A stretch of 64,000 nucleotides of DNA from a virus. The stretch is taken from positions 1-64,000 of the IMG/VR virus record IMGVR_UViG_3300032093_000041. The stretch is one strand, 5' to 3'. The notes under the pieces were generated by a model. The model had not been told where the DNA came from. It saw only the letters and a program-made list of their open reading frames with translations, and did no database searches. Every line of letters begins with the position of its first letter. The stretch's first letter is position 1. Both the position numbers and the translations under genes were made by a program. This document shows positions 1 through 11,663 of this stretch, one piece after another.

Positions 1-13
1 GCCATAATGTTTC

Positions 14-2998
<2,985 letters not shown>

Positions 2999-3042
2999 GA
3001 CCTCGGTCGTTTCTCTAGTTTAAAGCCCCTCAGGGCTAGGCA

Positions 3043-3231
3043 TTAAGCCTTTTTGCCGAATGCTGTATCTTTGGGGTTCAGGTAGCGAAGCACAACTGGG
3101 AGTGCTGCCGCCCAAAGAGCATTTGCTGCCAGCTTAATATCGCTAGTCGCTGCGTAAGTGGCAACTGCTGCGCCCAATACGCTTCTTGCGTATGATGCAA
3201 GCATTGCTTTTTGTTCTGCTGTAATTTTCAT
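3043..3231 (-). CDS. Putative holin (small hydrophobic protein)
   Basis: 62 aa from ATG 3231, two hydrophobic Ala-rich segments, C-terminal LRYLNPKDTAFGKK resembling small actinophage holins. Confidence 0.55.
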   Translation of the reverse strand: MKITAEQKAMLASYARSVLGAAVATYAATSDIKLAANALWAAALPVVLRYLNPKDTAFGKKA

Positions 3232-3238
3232 ATTATTC

Positions 3239-4537
3239 CTAACCTGTAACAACTATTGTGTAGTCATTTGCTGAAATTGTTCCATTGAGGACCACTGAAA
3301 TCGTGTTTCCGTTTGAGCGGGTGATGTCGCCAAAAACAGTTGCACCAGTTGCAACTTCATAGATTTGGACCATCACGTCTGTGGTGCCGAAGTTGTGCGT
3401 AACTGTTGTGGTGGAGACGCCTGCGGCCGACGCGGCACAGCCTTGCTTGGATATTCTCGCTATAACCGGCGTGCTTGTTGTTAGCCCGGAAGCGGATGTT
3501 TCAGCGAGATTTGTACGAGCCCCAGAAGCGGTGCTTGAACCAGTACCACCATCTGCCACAGCAACGTCTACGCCATTCCACGTACCGGTGGTAATTGTTC
3601 CAAGAGTAGTAATCGTGTTTTGGCCGACATATGTTGATGCAATGTCAACTGCGTTTGCGGTAACAGTAATACGGTCGGTTGTCCCACCCACATTGAGAGT
3701 GTTGCCGTCTTTTGTGAGACCGTCACCAGCGATTACTTGGCCAGCACCTGAGAATTGAACCCAAGTCATTGGGTCTGTGCCAACATTGATTGCTCCGTTG
3801 CTCGAAACAACCCAGCCGGAGTCTGCGTTTACAGAACCTTCTTCAACGAAGGTGAATGTTCCGCCAGATACTTCTCCAGTGTCAGCTGTGCCGTTAGCGT
3901 CTGTAGCGCGTACTGCTGCACCGGTTGCTTGGACAACGTAGATACCGTTTTGCGATGCTGTTGACTGGTTTTTAACAAGAACGCGGTCACCAGCTACAAG
4001 GGTAACGCTTGTATCAAGGGTATCGCCAGCTTCAAGTTCTGTAGAAAGATTAACTTCTACTGTTGTCGCAACACGGACTGACTTCTTAACATCAAGGCCT
4101 TGGCGGGCGGCATCTACATAACCTTTAGTTGCGGCATGCGCAGCATCTGTTGGAGTCGCGACCTTAATATTGCCGTTTGCGTCACGCTTGACCAGCTTTG
4201 AGGCTGTGGCATCCGAGGTAGCATCAGTAAGGTCGTTCCAGAAAGCGCTAGAAAGCAAACCGGCGCTGTCTGTGTCAGCGAGGTTTAGAGTGAGAGTTAC
4301 CTGTCCGTTTGATTCCGAAATGGTAATAGCGTCCGTATGGGTTCCACCAGATTGGACATTGTGAAGCATCTTGCGCCATGCGGAGCCTGAGTACACCTTG
4401 ATAGTGTCTTCAGTGCTGTTATAAATCATCCGACCTTCGAAGTTGTTCGAAGATGGGTCTGTTGCTACAACCTCGAACCTTCCGTTGAGAATCTGGTTCT
4501 GGTTGAGGTCAAGATTTGTTAAAAACTTGGTTGCCAT
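3239..4537 (-). CDS. Tail fibre / structural protein
   Basis: KKSVRVATT...GDRVLVKNQ...NGIYVV motif typical of phage fibre N-terminal domains; Thr/Gly-rich. Confidence 0.7.
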   Translation of the reverse strand: MATKFLTNLDLNQNQILNGRFEVVATDPSSNNFEGRMIYNSTEDTIKVYSGSAWRKMLHNVQSGGTHTDAITISESNGQVTLTLNLADTDSAGLLSSAFWNDLTDATSDATASKLVKRDANGNIKVATPTDAAHAATKGYVDAARQGLDVKKSVRVATTVEVNLSTELEAGDTLDTSVTLVAGDRVLVKNQSTASQNGIYVVQATGAAVRATDANGTADTGEVSGGTFTFVEEGSVNADSGWVVSSNGAINVGTDPMTWVQFSGAGQVIAGDGLTKDGNTLNVGGTTDRITVTANAVDIASTYVGQNTITTLGTITTGTWNGVDVAVADGGTGSSTASGARTNLAETSASGLTTSTPVIARISKQGCAASAAGVSTTTVTHNFGTTDVMVQIYEVATGATVFGDITRSNGNTISVVLNGTISANDYTIVVTG

Positions 4538-4546
4538 GGTCCTGCC

Positions 4547-4858
4547 TTATGTCAAGTATGCGAATCCGGAAAAGGGAGCTGTGAAGCTAACGGTTATTTG
4601 TGATGTACTGTTATATGTTACCTCACCTATAACGTAGGTATCAGCAGAATCAACTATTACCACTACTGGCTTTCCACCAAGCGTATGTGTGATTACCCAA
4701 GTTGCAGATGGTGTCGACTGGGCATATACAAATCGACGCGTATTGCCAGCAGCGCCACCAGTGCGAACAATTACTTGGTTCGGCGCTTCTTGGTCAATTA
4801 ATACCTGATTAGGGGTATCTTGATAAACGTTGACATTGTTAGGGACGGTATTGCTCAT
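4547..4858 (-). CDS. Small virion structural protein
   Basis: QSTPSATWVITHTLG..P.V...V.Y motif seen in fibre-associated proteins; position in tail module. Confidence 0.55.
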   Translation of the reverse strand: MSNTVPNNVNVYQDTPNQVLIDQEAPNQVIVRTGGAAGNTRRFVYAQSTPSATWVITHTLGGKPVVVIVDSADTYVIGEVTYNSTSQITVSFTAPFSGFAYLT

Positions 4859-5220
4859 CGCGTTACCTCTTGCGACAAGGTAAACGTTCCTTGTATCACC
4901 CGTGATACATTCCCGCCGCCATCTTCGATTTCAAGGTCATAAACGCCACTGGAAGTGAGGGAACCAGTTTGAGCATCGCTCATCACGATGGTTATTTTCC
5001 CCTCATCGCCGTCTATTTCTATTCCCTCGTTTTCTGTGGTCAACTCAATCATTACCGCAGAAGAGTCAATAGTTCTCCTAACCTGCATTCGTGCAGTATG
5101 ACCCGTTAGGTCATAAACTTCGTAAACCGAAGGGTCATCAGGAGAGGGTGCCTGAAGTTCGAGTACGCGGACAAACGTAGTTCCCTGCTCGCACAGAATG
5201 TTATACGTTCCGGATATCAC
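4855..5220 (-). CDS. Beta-sandwich virion protein (BppU/LtfC-like); start probably GTG 5220
   Basis: YNILCEQGTTF...DLTGHTARMQVR...GVYDLEI...RVIQGTF pattern. Confidence 0.6.
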   Translation of the reverse strand: MISGTYNILCEQGTTFVRVLELQAPSPDDPSVYEVYDLTGHTARMQVRRTIDSSAVMIELTTENEGIEIDGDEGKITIVMSDAQTGSLTSSGVYDLEIEDGGGNVSRVIQGTFTLSQEVTR

Positions 5221-5287
5221 GGCTTTTTCTCCATTAATATATTGTAGATTAAGGTTCTTGGCTTGATTAGCCAATAACTTCTTGACA

Positions 5288-5527
5288 TTATTCGAATTCG
5301 CCTGGATAGGAACATTCCCCCGACATAATTATGTCAGATGCATATTCGAGCATGCCGTTCGCAAGCCAGGGACTCATTCCAGAAGAAACTGAAACAGACA
5401 GCTCGCTCGCTTCATTTCCTGCCACTTCCGCGATAATTATAAAATTTGTCACCAATCTGGAAGGCAATATGTCGCGTATCAGGTGTTCAAATTGTTCCCT
5501 TAGGGCTTGCTCTTCGTTGTCAAACAC
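5288..5527 (-). CDS. Hypothetical protein
   Basis: 79-aa ORF in operon context, upstream AGGAG. Confidence 0.6.
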   Translation of the reverse strand: MFDNEEQALREQFEHLIRDILPSRLVTNFIIIAEVAGNEASELSVSVSSGMSPWLANGMLEYASDIIMSGECSYPGEFE

Positions 5528-5551
5528 TAAATGACTCCTTGCCGTTTTTAA

Positions 5552-6766
5552 CTATGCCGTCATGACATGCGTTAGCAAAACACCTACAGGTTTAGCTCTT
5601 TGCACTGCTTCCATGACTAAAACAGAGCTTTCTCCTATTTTTGTTTCATCAGCGCCTAGTGTTTCATACCATGGCGTTTGAATTTCTATTTCGAACGGAT
5701 TCGTAGAGTAGTCATAATCCAGGTTCACAGTTTTGTTTCCGATGAGCATCAGCTTTACTGAATCTTCAATTGCTGATGTTGTTCCGGCATTGAACCCAAA
5801 CGACCCTGTGGACACTTGCCAATCAAGTAAATCTCTTTGTACTTCAAGGTCGAAAACAGGAGGATTCAAAGATGAGTAAGATGTAATTCTTAATGTGTCG
5901 GCACTGTTTAGTTCTGAGCTGTTTAGGACAAAAGCATCAGTTTCCTCTTCCGTTGAGGATGTAAAGCGTGTAACCGGTTTTGTTCCAACAAATTTTGCCA
6001 ACCAGAGCAAATCTGACACTTGCGCTGCGCGTGGGTTGACGAGCGTGCTTAGTGTATTAATGGACTGTTCGTCTTTCCCGTCTTGGGCATCAAGGTAGGA
6101 CATGTCGAGTGTTTTGTTTATAACGGAATCTAAACCAACAGTACAGACATCTATAAATCTCATTAATGGCATGTCGATTGGTTCTGTAATGGAAAAATCG
6201 TCTTCAAGCATGAACTGAGGTAGAAGAGAAGCCACTTTGCCCAACGCTGTGCTTTCGTTAGCAAACTCCATTTGCGGGACAAAAACCGGACTCGAAAAAT
6301 AAGCTGTTTCTGATTGGTTTTTTTCGATGCTAATGGTTATTTTTACAGCGGGAGTTGAAGAGTCAAAAACATCAGTAAGCACTCTCACTATTGACCACTG
6401 AGGGGAGGCAACTCCTTCAGCATTGATAGAAGGGCTAGATGCATTAATTACGAAGCTATATATAGATGCAATAGATAGTGTTGAAACGTCTTCAACAGAT
6501 ACATCTACCAGTCCGCCATTTGGTATTTTTATAGCAAAAGTAAAAACTGCGGCGGAGTTGTTTAGAGATTCGTCTCCAGGAAGTGGTTCTATGTAAATAG
6601 AGTTATTTAATCCGCCGCCAATTTCTATTTGTCTACAGTTGAGTCTAGGTAATAGTTCGGTCGGACCTCCATCGCTTATAACTGTAGATGCGCCAGCAGA
6701 CCAAGAACTAAGATTGTTGATGCTGTGTAATGTAAAAGCATCGCCCACCAACCTATTAGTAATCAC
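5552..6766 (-). CDS. Baseplate wedge protein (P2 gpI-like C-terminal domain)
   Basis: LLPQF..., LLWLAKFVG, GT..AIE, KPVGVLL motifs; directly after baseplate J. Confidence 0.65.
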   Translation of the reverse strand: MITNRLVGDAFTLHSINNLSSWSAGASTVISDGGPTELLPRLNCRQIEIGGGLNNSIYIEPLPGDESLNNSAAVFTFAIKIPNGGLVDVSVEDVSTLSIASIYSFVINASSPSINAEGVASPQWSIVRVLTDVFDSSTPAVKITISIEKNQSETAYFSSPVFVPQMEFANESTALGKVASLLPQFMLEDDFSITEPIDMPLMRFIDVCTVGLDSVINKTLDMSYLDAQDGKDEQSINTLSTLVNPRAAQVSDLLWLAKFVGTKPVTRFTSSTEEETDAFVLNSSELNSADTLRITSYSSLNPPVFDLEVQRDLLDWQVSTGSFGFNAGTTSAIEDSVKLMLIGNKTVNLDYDYSTNPFEIEIQTPWYETLGADETKIGESSVLVMEAVQRAKPVGVLLTHVMTA

Positions 6767-8256
6767 GAAACAGTCACTTCCACTGTTGCTCTAGGAAGAC
6801 TTCCCTTGTAAACCATTTGCAATCCTGTTACTGCAGAGCCTGATGTGGTCTCTAGGATTACTAGCTCGTTGCCTGGGGATACGTACGTATAATCTCCAAA
6901 TTCGGGTATGGTCGCTGTAACGGAGTTGACATATGCTACGCCTTCAACAGAATTGGCCCTAACAACAAGGTCAAATAGTCGTACAGACGGATTCCAGTTA
7001 GGCCAGTTAGCCGGAGAAACAAAAGATTCAAGTTCTTCAGCAACGTTTGTCACAACGCTTGCGGCAGAGTACTCGCTGTCTACTGATATATCAACAGAAA
7101 ACGAAGCATCGCATACAAGAGCATCAAGTATCACAAATGACAACCCGGCAACTATTCTTGCGGAAACATCTTGCGTAATCGAAGTTTTAACAGTGTCAGA
7201 AATTGGATTTCCGTCGTCGTCGCAAAGAACTATTACGAAATATCCAGCTGCAGGTTCTGATAAGTCGTTTCGAAGCCTAAATAGGTCAATGAACGCTCCA
7301 TCTACGTCTATCTCGCCTGGAGGTGCTTCATAAGCATTCCTAGTAAACGTAAAAGCAGTTGCAGTAGAAGCAGTTGTATTATAAACACCGGAAATTAAAT
7401 AATTTTTTTCCGCAGTGACAGTGCTTGTGTTTATAACCCTTGTGTAGTCAGAAAACGTAGAATCAGATATAAAATCAGCAGTCGTGTTGCCTACTGCCGG
7501 CCCGGAATTAGTACCAGTTAGCGCTCCAGGGGCAAAAGTTGCATCGAAATCAACAACTGGATTGCACAGGTCGTAAACCTTGCATCTATGCACGTCTGGG
7601 TATTGGGTGATTATGAATTCTTCAATTTGTGTTGCAGTAACGAGAGAGGAGCTCAAGGAAGCTAGATGAGACGTTGCTCGTGCAAAGTATTCGTCATCAG
7701 TCTCTGGTTCATCACCCTGCTGAACTAAAGCCGTAGTCACACAAGAAAGAACTGTTGCGTTTGGCTGAACTATCACCAACTCTGTTCCAGAAAGTAGTGT
7801 TGGGATAACGCCCGATATTTCGCATGTTAGGGTAGCCGTCACTACAGAGTCGCCAACTCCTGCTGTCACTTGAGATGTTGTCCTAAATGGGTATTGGACG
7901 GTTTCTTCTCCCACTACTGCTTCGTATACAACGAAGAAATCAACAGGAACTGTTTCTCCGTCGTTGGACAACGTAAATTCAACTTCTACTGTAGAAAATG
8001 TTGCCTCATACCTAATTACACCCATTAGCTGGAGTATTCCCTCCATAAGACCATGGGGAATTCTGTTGATTGCAGCAATGTTGAGAGAACCTATTAGCGC
8101 GCATGCCTGAAGTATCGAGTCTTCTACTGTTCCAACTCTCGGGGTGAACTCTGGTAAAGCTAGACGAGCGTACTCTACTGAATCGTCATAGATGTCTGCG
8201 GCGTCTCTATCATCAATCGATAAGTCAATATATTGGGAGAAGTCTGGTGAAGCCAT
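6763..8256 (-). CDS. Baseplate J-like protein
   Basis: ALPEFTPR.G..E, GDEPETDDEYFAR, VEGVAYV motifs. Confidence 0.8.
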   Translation of the reverse strand: MASPDFSQYIDLSIDDRDAADIYDDSVEYARLALPEFTPRVGTVEDSILQACALIGSLNIAAINRIPHGLMEGILQLMGVIRYEATFSTVEVEFTLSNDGETVPVDFFVVYEAVVGEETVQYPFRTTSQVTAGVGDSVVTATLTCEISGVIPTLLSGTELVIVQPNATVLSCVTTALVQQGDEPETDDEYFARATSHLASLSSSLVTATQIEEFIITQYPDVHRCKVYDLCNPVVDFDATFAPGALTGTNSGPAVGNTTADFISDSTFSDYTRVINTSTVTAEKNYLISGVYNTTASTATAFTFTRNAYEAPPGEIDVDGAFIDLFRLRNDLSEPAAGYFVIVLCDDDGNPISDTVKTSITQDVSARIVAGLSFVILDALVCDASFSVDISVDSEYSAASVVTNVAEELESFVSPANWPNWNPSVRLFDLVVRANSVEGVAYVNSVTATIPEFGDYTYVSPGNELVILETTSGSAVTGLQMVYKGSLPRATVEVTVS

Positions 8257-8258
8257 GT

Positions 8259-8555
8259 TTAATCCTCAAATTTCACGTTTAGACGAATGGCTCCAGATGC
8301 GCTTCCACGAGCGTCAACAGAAACATCAGAAATTTTTATGTCTGGCCAAAAAGTGTTCATATTTCTCAAAAATTCTGAATTAAAGAAAACATTAAAACTC
8401 GGGTCTGTAATACCAAATGTTGGCTCCATCGGCATTTCTCCGATGTTAGTCCTAACCAGTATTGCCACAGCTTGAGATTTGTACTCGTCCGTGTTTTCGG
8501 GTATGACAACAGCACGGCCCCTGCTGAATGATAATGGAAATTTTAGAGTGTCCAT
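8259..8555 (-). CDS. Baseplate wedge gp25/gpW-like
   Basis: T.IGEMPMEPTFG motif; 98 aa; position. Confidence 0.75.
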   Translation of the reverse strand: MDTLKFPLSFSRGRAVVIPENTDEYKSQAVAILVRTNIGEMPMEPTFGITDPSFNVFFNSEFLRNMNTFWPDIKISDVSVDARGSASGAIRLNVKFED

Positions 8556-8595
8556 GCGTTACCTGCCAATATTCATTTTATAACAGTTTGCCCAT

Positions 8596-8865
8596 CTAGG
8601 CGGTCTGTTTTGCCACCACAACGACATCATCTAGCTTTGCATCCAAGAATGCAACAAGAACCTTGTCTCCAGCCTCAATTTCCGATTCTGTAAAAACAGA
8701 ACATGGCCCTATGGTTTGGGTGGGATTTACTGTCGGAATAACTATAAAAAGTTTCCCATTAGCAGCAACTCTTGACACTTTTGCAATATGAACCCCAACC
8801 CGAAAAGGGGCTCCGCTTGAACCTCGAGATGAGCTCGTAAATCTTGATAGAGGGTCGTTAATCAT
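8596..8865 (-). CDS. Baseplate spike-like (gpV OB-fold) small protein
   Basis: GDKVLVAFLD motif; lies between hub and gp25. Confidence 0.55.
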   Translation of the reverse strand: MINDPLSRFTSSSRGSSGAPFRVGVHIAKVSRVAANGKLFIVIPTVNPTQTIGPCSVFTESEIEAGDKVLVAFLDAKLDDVVVVAKQTA

Positions 8866-10728
8866 TTATAAAATTCCTATGCTTCTCTGGCCCAAAGACA
8901 CTGGCGAAGTTGCCGCCAAGCTCGTTATGGGTTTTCCTTTTTGAGTAAGTGGCTCTAATGGTGTACGGAAAGAAACCTGTGCAGACTCTGGAGAACCTTC
9001 CGTGAACGAAACAGATGTAATCAAATACGCGCCAAAAAAATAATCAGGTTTAGGTCCCACTATAACTGTATGCCCAGGACGTAATTGTCCACCATTGGGC
9101 ATCTGTACACGGCATGAGCCCGTAGCGGCTAGAGGGTCGTTGTCTGACGTTTCAAATTGCGGCCATGTTTCTAGCCTGAAACCAAATCTGTCAACCAAAT
9201 GACGAGAATATTTAATTCCAGTTTGTTCTGCTATACCAGCTTTTTCTAATTCAAATTGCGACACAGGTCCGTCGTTTCCTGGAAGATGCAGCAACGGTGT
9301 GTATTTTCTTATGAGGGACTTTCCGCCGCTACGCACAAGCGCTTCTATGAGCCCAAATCTCCACATTAAATATTCGTGTTGTGCATAAAAAAGTATGCCG
9401 TCAACTTCAAAACAGACGTATTGATTTGAGCCTGCTGTTCTGTTTAAAACATTCCAAACAGATTCTTCTTGGTCTCCGCTTTTTGCATTAAATTGAGATT
9501 TAGTTTTAGCTGTTTTTTGACCTACGAATCCAAGGTTGTATTTTATTGCAGCATTTCTAGCGTAATCATACCCTGAGTTGCCTTTAACAGAACCACGTTT
9601 TTTGTCTCTTTTCATCTGCTGTACGGCACGACTGCAAATTGAAATACTTACTTCTGGTGAGCCTGATTGCCCTGGTCCGCAGGATATGTCTGCTATCTCG
9701 TAACTTCGTCCTCTGTATTCAACCAGCCTTCGTGGAACAAAATAATTGTTGTCCATCATTAAAAAATTTTCATCTCGTATGGTTAAGGTCACGGCAGATG
9801 TTAGGTCCATGTTGTATTGGACCCTAACGCTTAATAAGTTGTCATAAAAATACTGCTGTGCTGTGGCGTCTGCAATATCCGGAAGGCGAATAATGCCAGC
9901 AAAAGGTGGTGTTCCTTTTCCGGATTTGAGTAAAGTTTCAACTGGCTGCCAAGCTCTTGACAAGGCTGCTTCAGATGGCTCTTTATAAAATTTCTTATAG
10001 TATGTGTCCTGTTGTTTGGACAACATTTTAGCGGCGATTCTTGCTTCTTTCGATGTCGCAAATTTGCCAAGATGCTGCCCAGTTGCTTGGTATTCTTTTA
10101 TTGCTTCCTCGGAAGAAACTATTGTCGGCCTGTTTGCTCTAAGAACAACCCTTGGTATTAGTACGTGTTTACCACCAAGAAATACGGATATTGACAACAA
10201 GGTGGATACTGTCTTGTCAGCATTCTCAACAACTGGTCTCGAAAATAAATCAATATTTCCCGTATACCAACTTAAAGACTCATTATCTGAATACTGAAAA
10301 GTTGCGTCAACCAGCTGTTTGTCTCTAAGAAATTCGGTCTCAATGCTTCTGACGGCCCATGACTTATATGCTTTTTCTAAAGCTGTAGCGTATTTTGTTG
10401 CTGCAGCATTGCTTTTAAAAATGCCCAAATGCAAACCTGTAGCAGTATATGCATCTCTTGCTTGCTTGTCAGTTACAGCGTTTCCATCCGCATCAAATCT
10501 TGGGACAACAATATAATGTTTCGTTTTTGAACTAAATGAATACATTGCGGAGCCGTTATAAACTGGACCAGTAACCATTAGGGCTACCGGATTTAATCCT
10601 TGTACGGTTTTGCCGAGGCGCTTAATAAATCTAGAAGACAAATTAATAGTCCCATAAGACCATATCGACGAAGCAGTTATTCTGGCAGCTTTAGCTGTTA
10701 TGTAAACATTTGGCGGAGTGGTAATCAT
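8866..10728 (-). CDS. Baseplate hub (gpD/gp27-like) with duplicated N-terminal domain
   Basis: C-terminal hub-like region (ESVWNVLNR...FEVDGILFY...LRPGHTV...YLITSV); two N-terminal TG.HLG.F repeats. Confidence 0.65.
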   Translation of the reverse strand: MITTPPNVYITAKAARITASSIWSYGTINLSSRFIKRLGKTVQGLNPVALMVTGPVYNGSAMYSFSSKTKHYIVVPRFDADGNAVTDKQARDAYTATGLHLGIFKSNAAATKYATALEKAYKSWAVRSIETEFLRDKQLVDATFQYSDNESLSWYTGNIDLFSRPVVENADKTVSTLLSISVFLGGKHVLIPRVVLRANRPTIVSSEEAIKEYQATGQHLGKFATSKEARIAAKMLSKQQDTYYKKFYKEPSEAALSRAWQPVETLLKSGKGTPPFAGIIRLPDIADATAQQYFYDNLLSVRVQYNMDLTSAVTLTIRDENFLMMDNNYFVPRRLVEYRGRSYEIADISCGPGQSGSPEVSISICSRAVQQMKRDKKRGSVKGNSGYDYARNAAIKYNLGFVGQKTAKTKSQFNAKSGDQEESVWNVLNRTAGSNQYVCFEVDGILFYAQHEYLMWRFGLIEALVRSGGKSLIRKYTPLLHLPGNDGPVSQFELEKAGIAEQTGIKYSRHLVDRFGFRLETWPQFETSDNDPLAATGSCRVQMPNGGQLRPGHTVIVGPKPDYFFGAYLITSVSFTEGSPESAQVSFRTPLEPLTQKGKPITSLAATSPVSLGQRSIGIL

Positions 10729-10739
10729 GTAACTCCTGC

Positions 10740-11663
10740 CTATCTAGGCGGCTGTAGCTCTTTAATTAACCAGTCCGGAATATCTATATAAGACGGAGTA
10801 CCCAGCTGTCTACGCAATGTTGCCACAGAGTATGGATAGCCAGGTATGCCGTTTGCTAAGTTCGCCCTAATTTTTTGCTGCAATAGACCCCTAAGAACTT
10901 CAAGGCTAGCTCTACCCCCAGAACCCCCTCCTCCTGTTCTTCTGTCGGTCTTGTTCAATTTGTCTGGCACACCATACCTGAACCTTGGAAGAAGAATAAA
11001 CCGTTGTCTGAGGTTTTTGTACTCAATGCAGGATATCGAGCATGTTCCCGCAACGGCCTTACCGGTAGCGTCGTCGCGAGTCAGTGTGAATTTCATGTCG
11101 TCGATATACCAAGAATTTAACTGAATGCTAGGTGACATGTTTTCAAACGCAACTGGTATGCCAAGGTCAGCTATTGTCTGCAAACGTAATATTTGGTCTT
11201 CAATAGGATTACTGAAACCGTCATAGTAAGAGAAATTAGAATTTGTTGTAGTAAATTCGGGTTGCCGAAGTGTTGGATTTGCCCTGTTGTCGCTCAGGTA
11301 CTCATCCGTAGTTTCACGTAAGTTGAATCGCGTTGGTCTACGAACAATGGTTGTTGATGCTGTTACTTTTTTGACAAGAGCGAACTCAAAAGATAAGCGC
11401 CTTAGTTTTCCACCATTTATATCTGGGATTGGTATTGAGTATGGGCGCTTAAGCTCACTAATATCTGCTCCAAATCCTTCTAGCTGAAACTGCGTAGGAG
11501 GAGCTTGAAAAGTGTATGACAATTTTGTTCCCGAAATGGTGTACATAACCCTGTCTTGCGTAGCCTGGAATGTCCATTGTTTGGAACTATTATCTAAAAT
11601 TGGGCTGGGATTATTACTGTCAATGTTGTACTCGCGCCCAGTGATGCTTATTCCTCTTGGCAT
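10740..11663 (-). CDS. Tail tube initiator-like protein
   Basis: Directly after tape measure; YTF..PP, LRRLSFEF, WYIDDM...CSIS..EY pattern. Confidence 0.5.
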   Translation of the reverse strand: MPRGISITGREYNIDSNNPSPILDNSSKQWTFQATQDRVMYTISGTKLSYTFQAPPTQFQLEGFGADISELKRPYSIPIPDINGGKLRRLSFEFALVKKVTASTTIVRRPTRFNLRETTDEYLSDNRANPTLRQPEFTTTNSNFSYYDGFSNPIEDQILRLQTIADLGIPVAFENMSPSIQLNSWYIDDMKFTLTRDDATGKAVAGTCSISCIEYKNLRQRFILLPRFRYGVPDKLNKTDRRTGGGGSGGRASLEVLRGLLQQKIRANLANGIPGYPYSVATLRRQLGTPSYIDIPDWLIKELQPPR

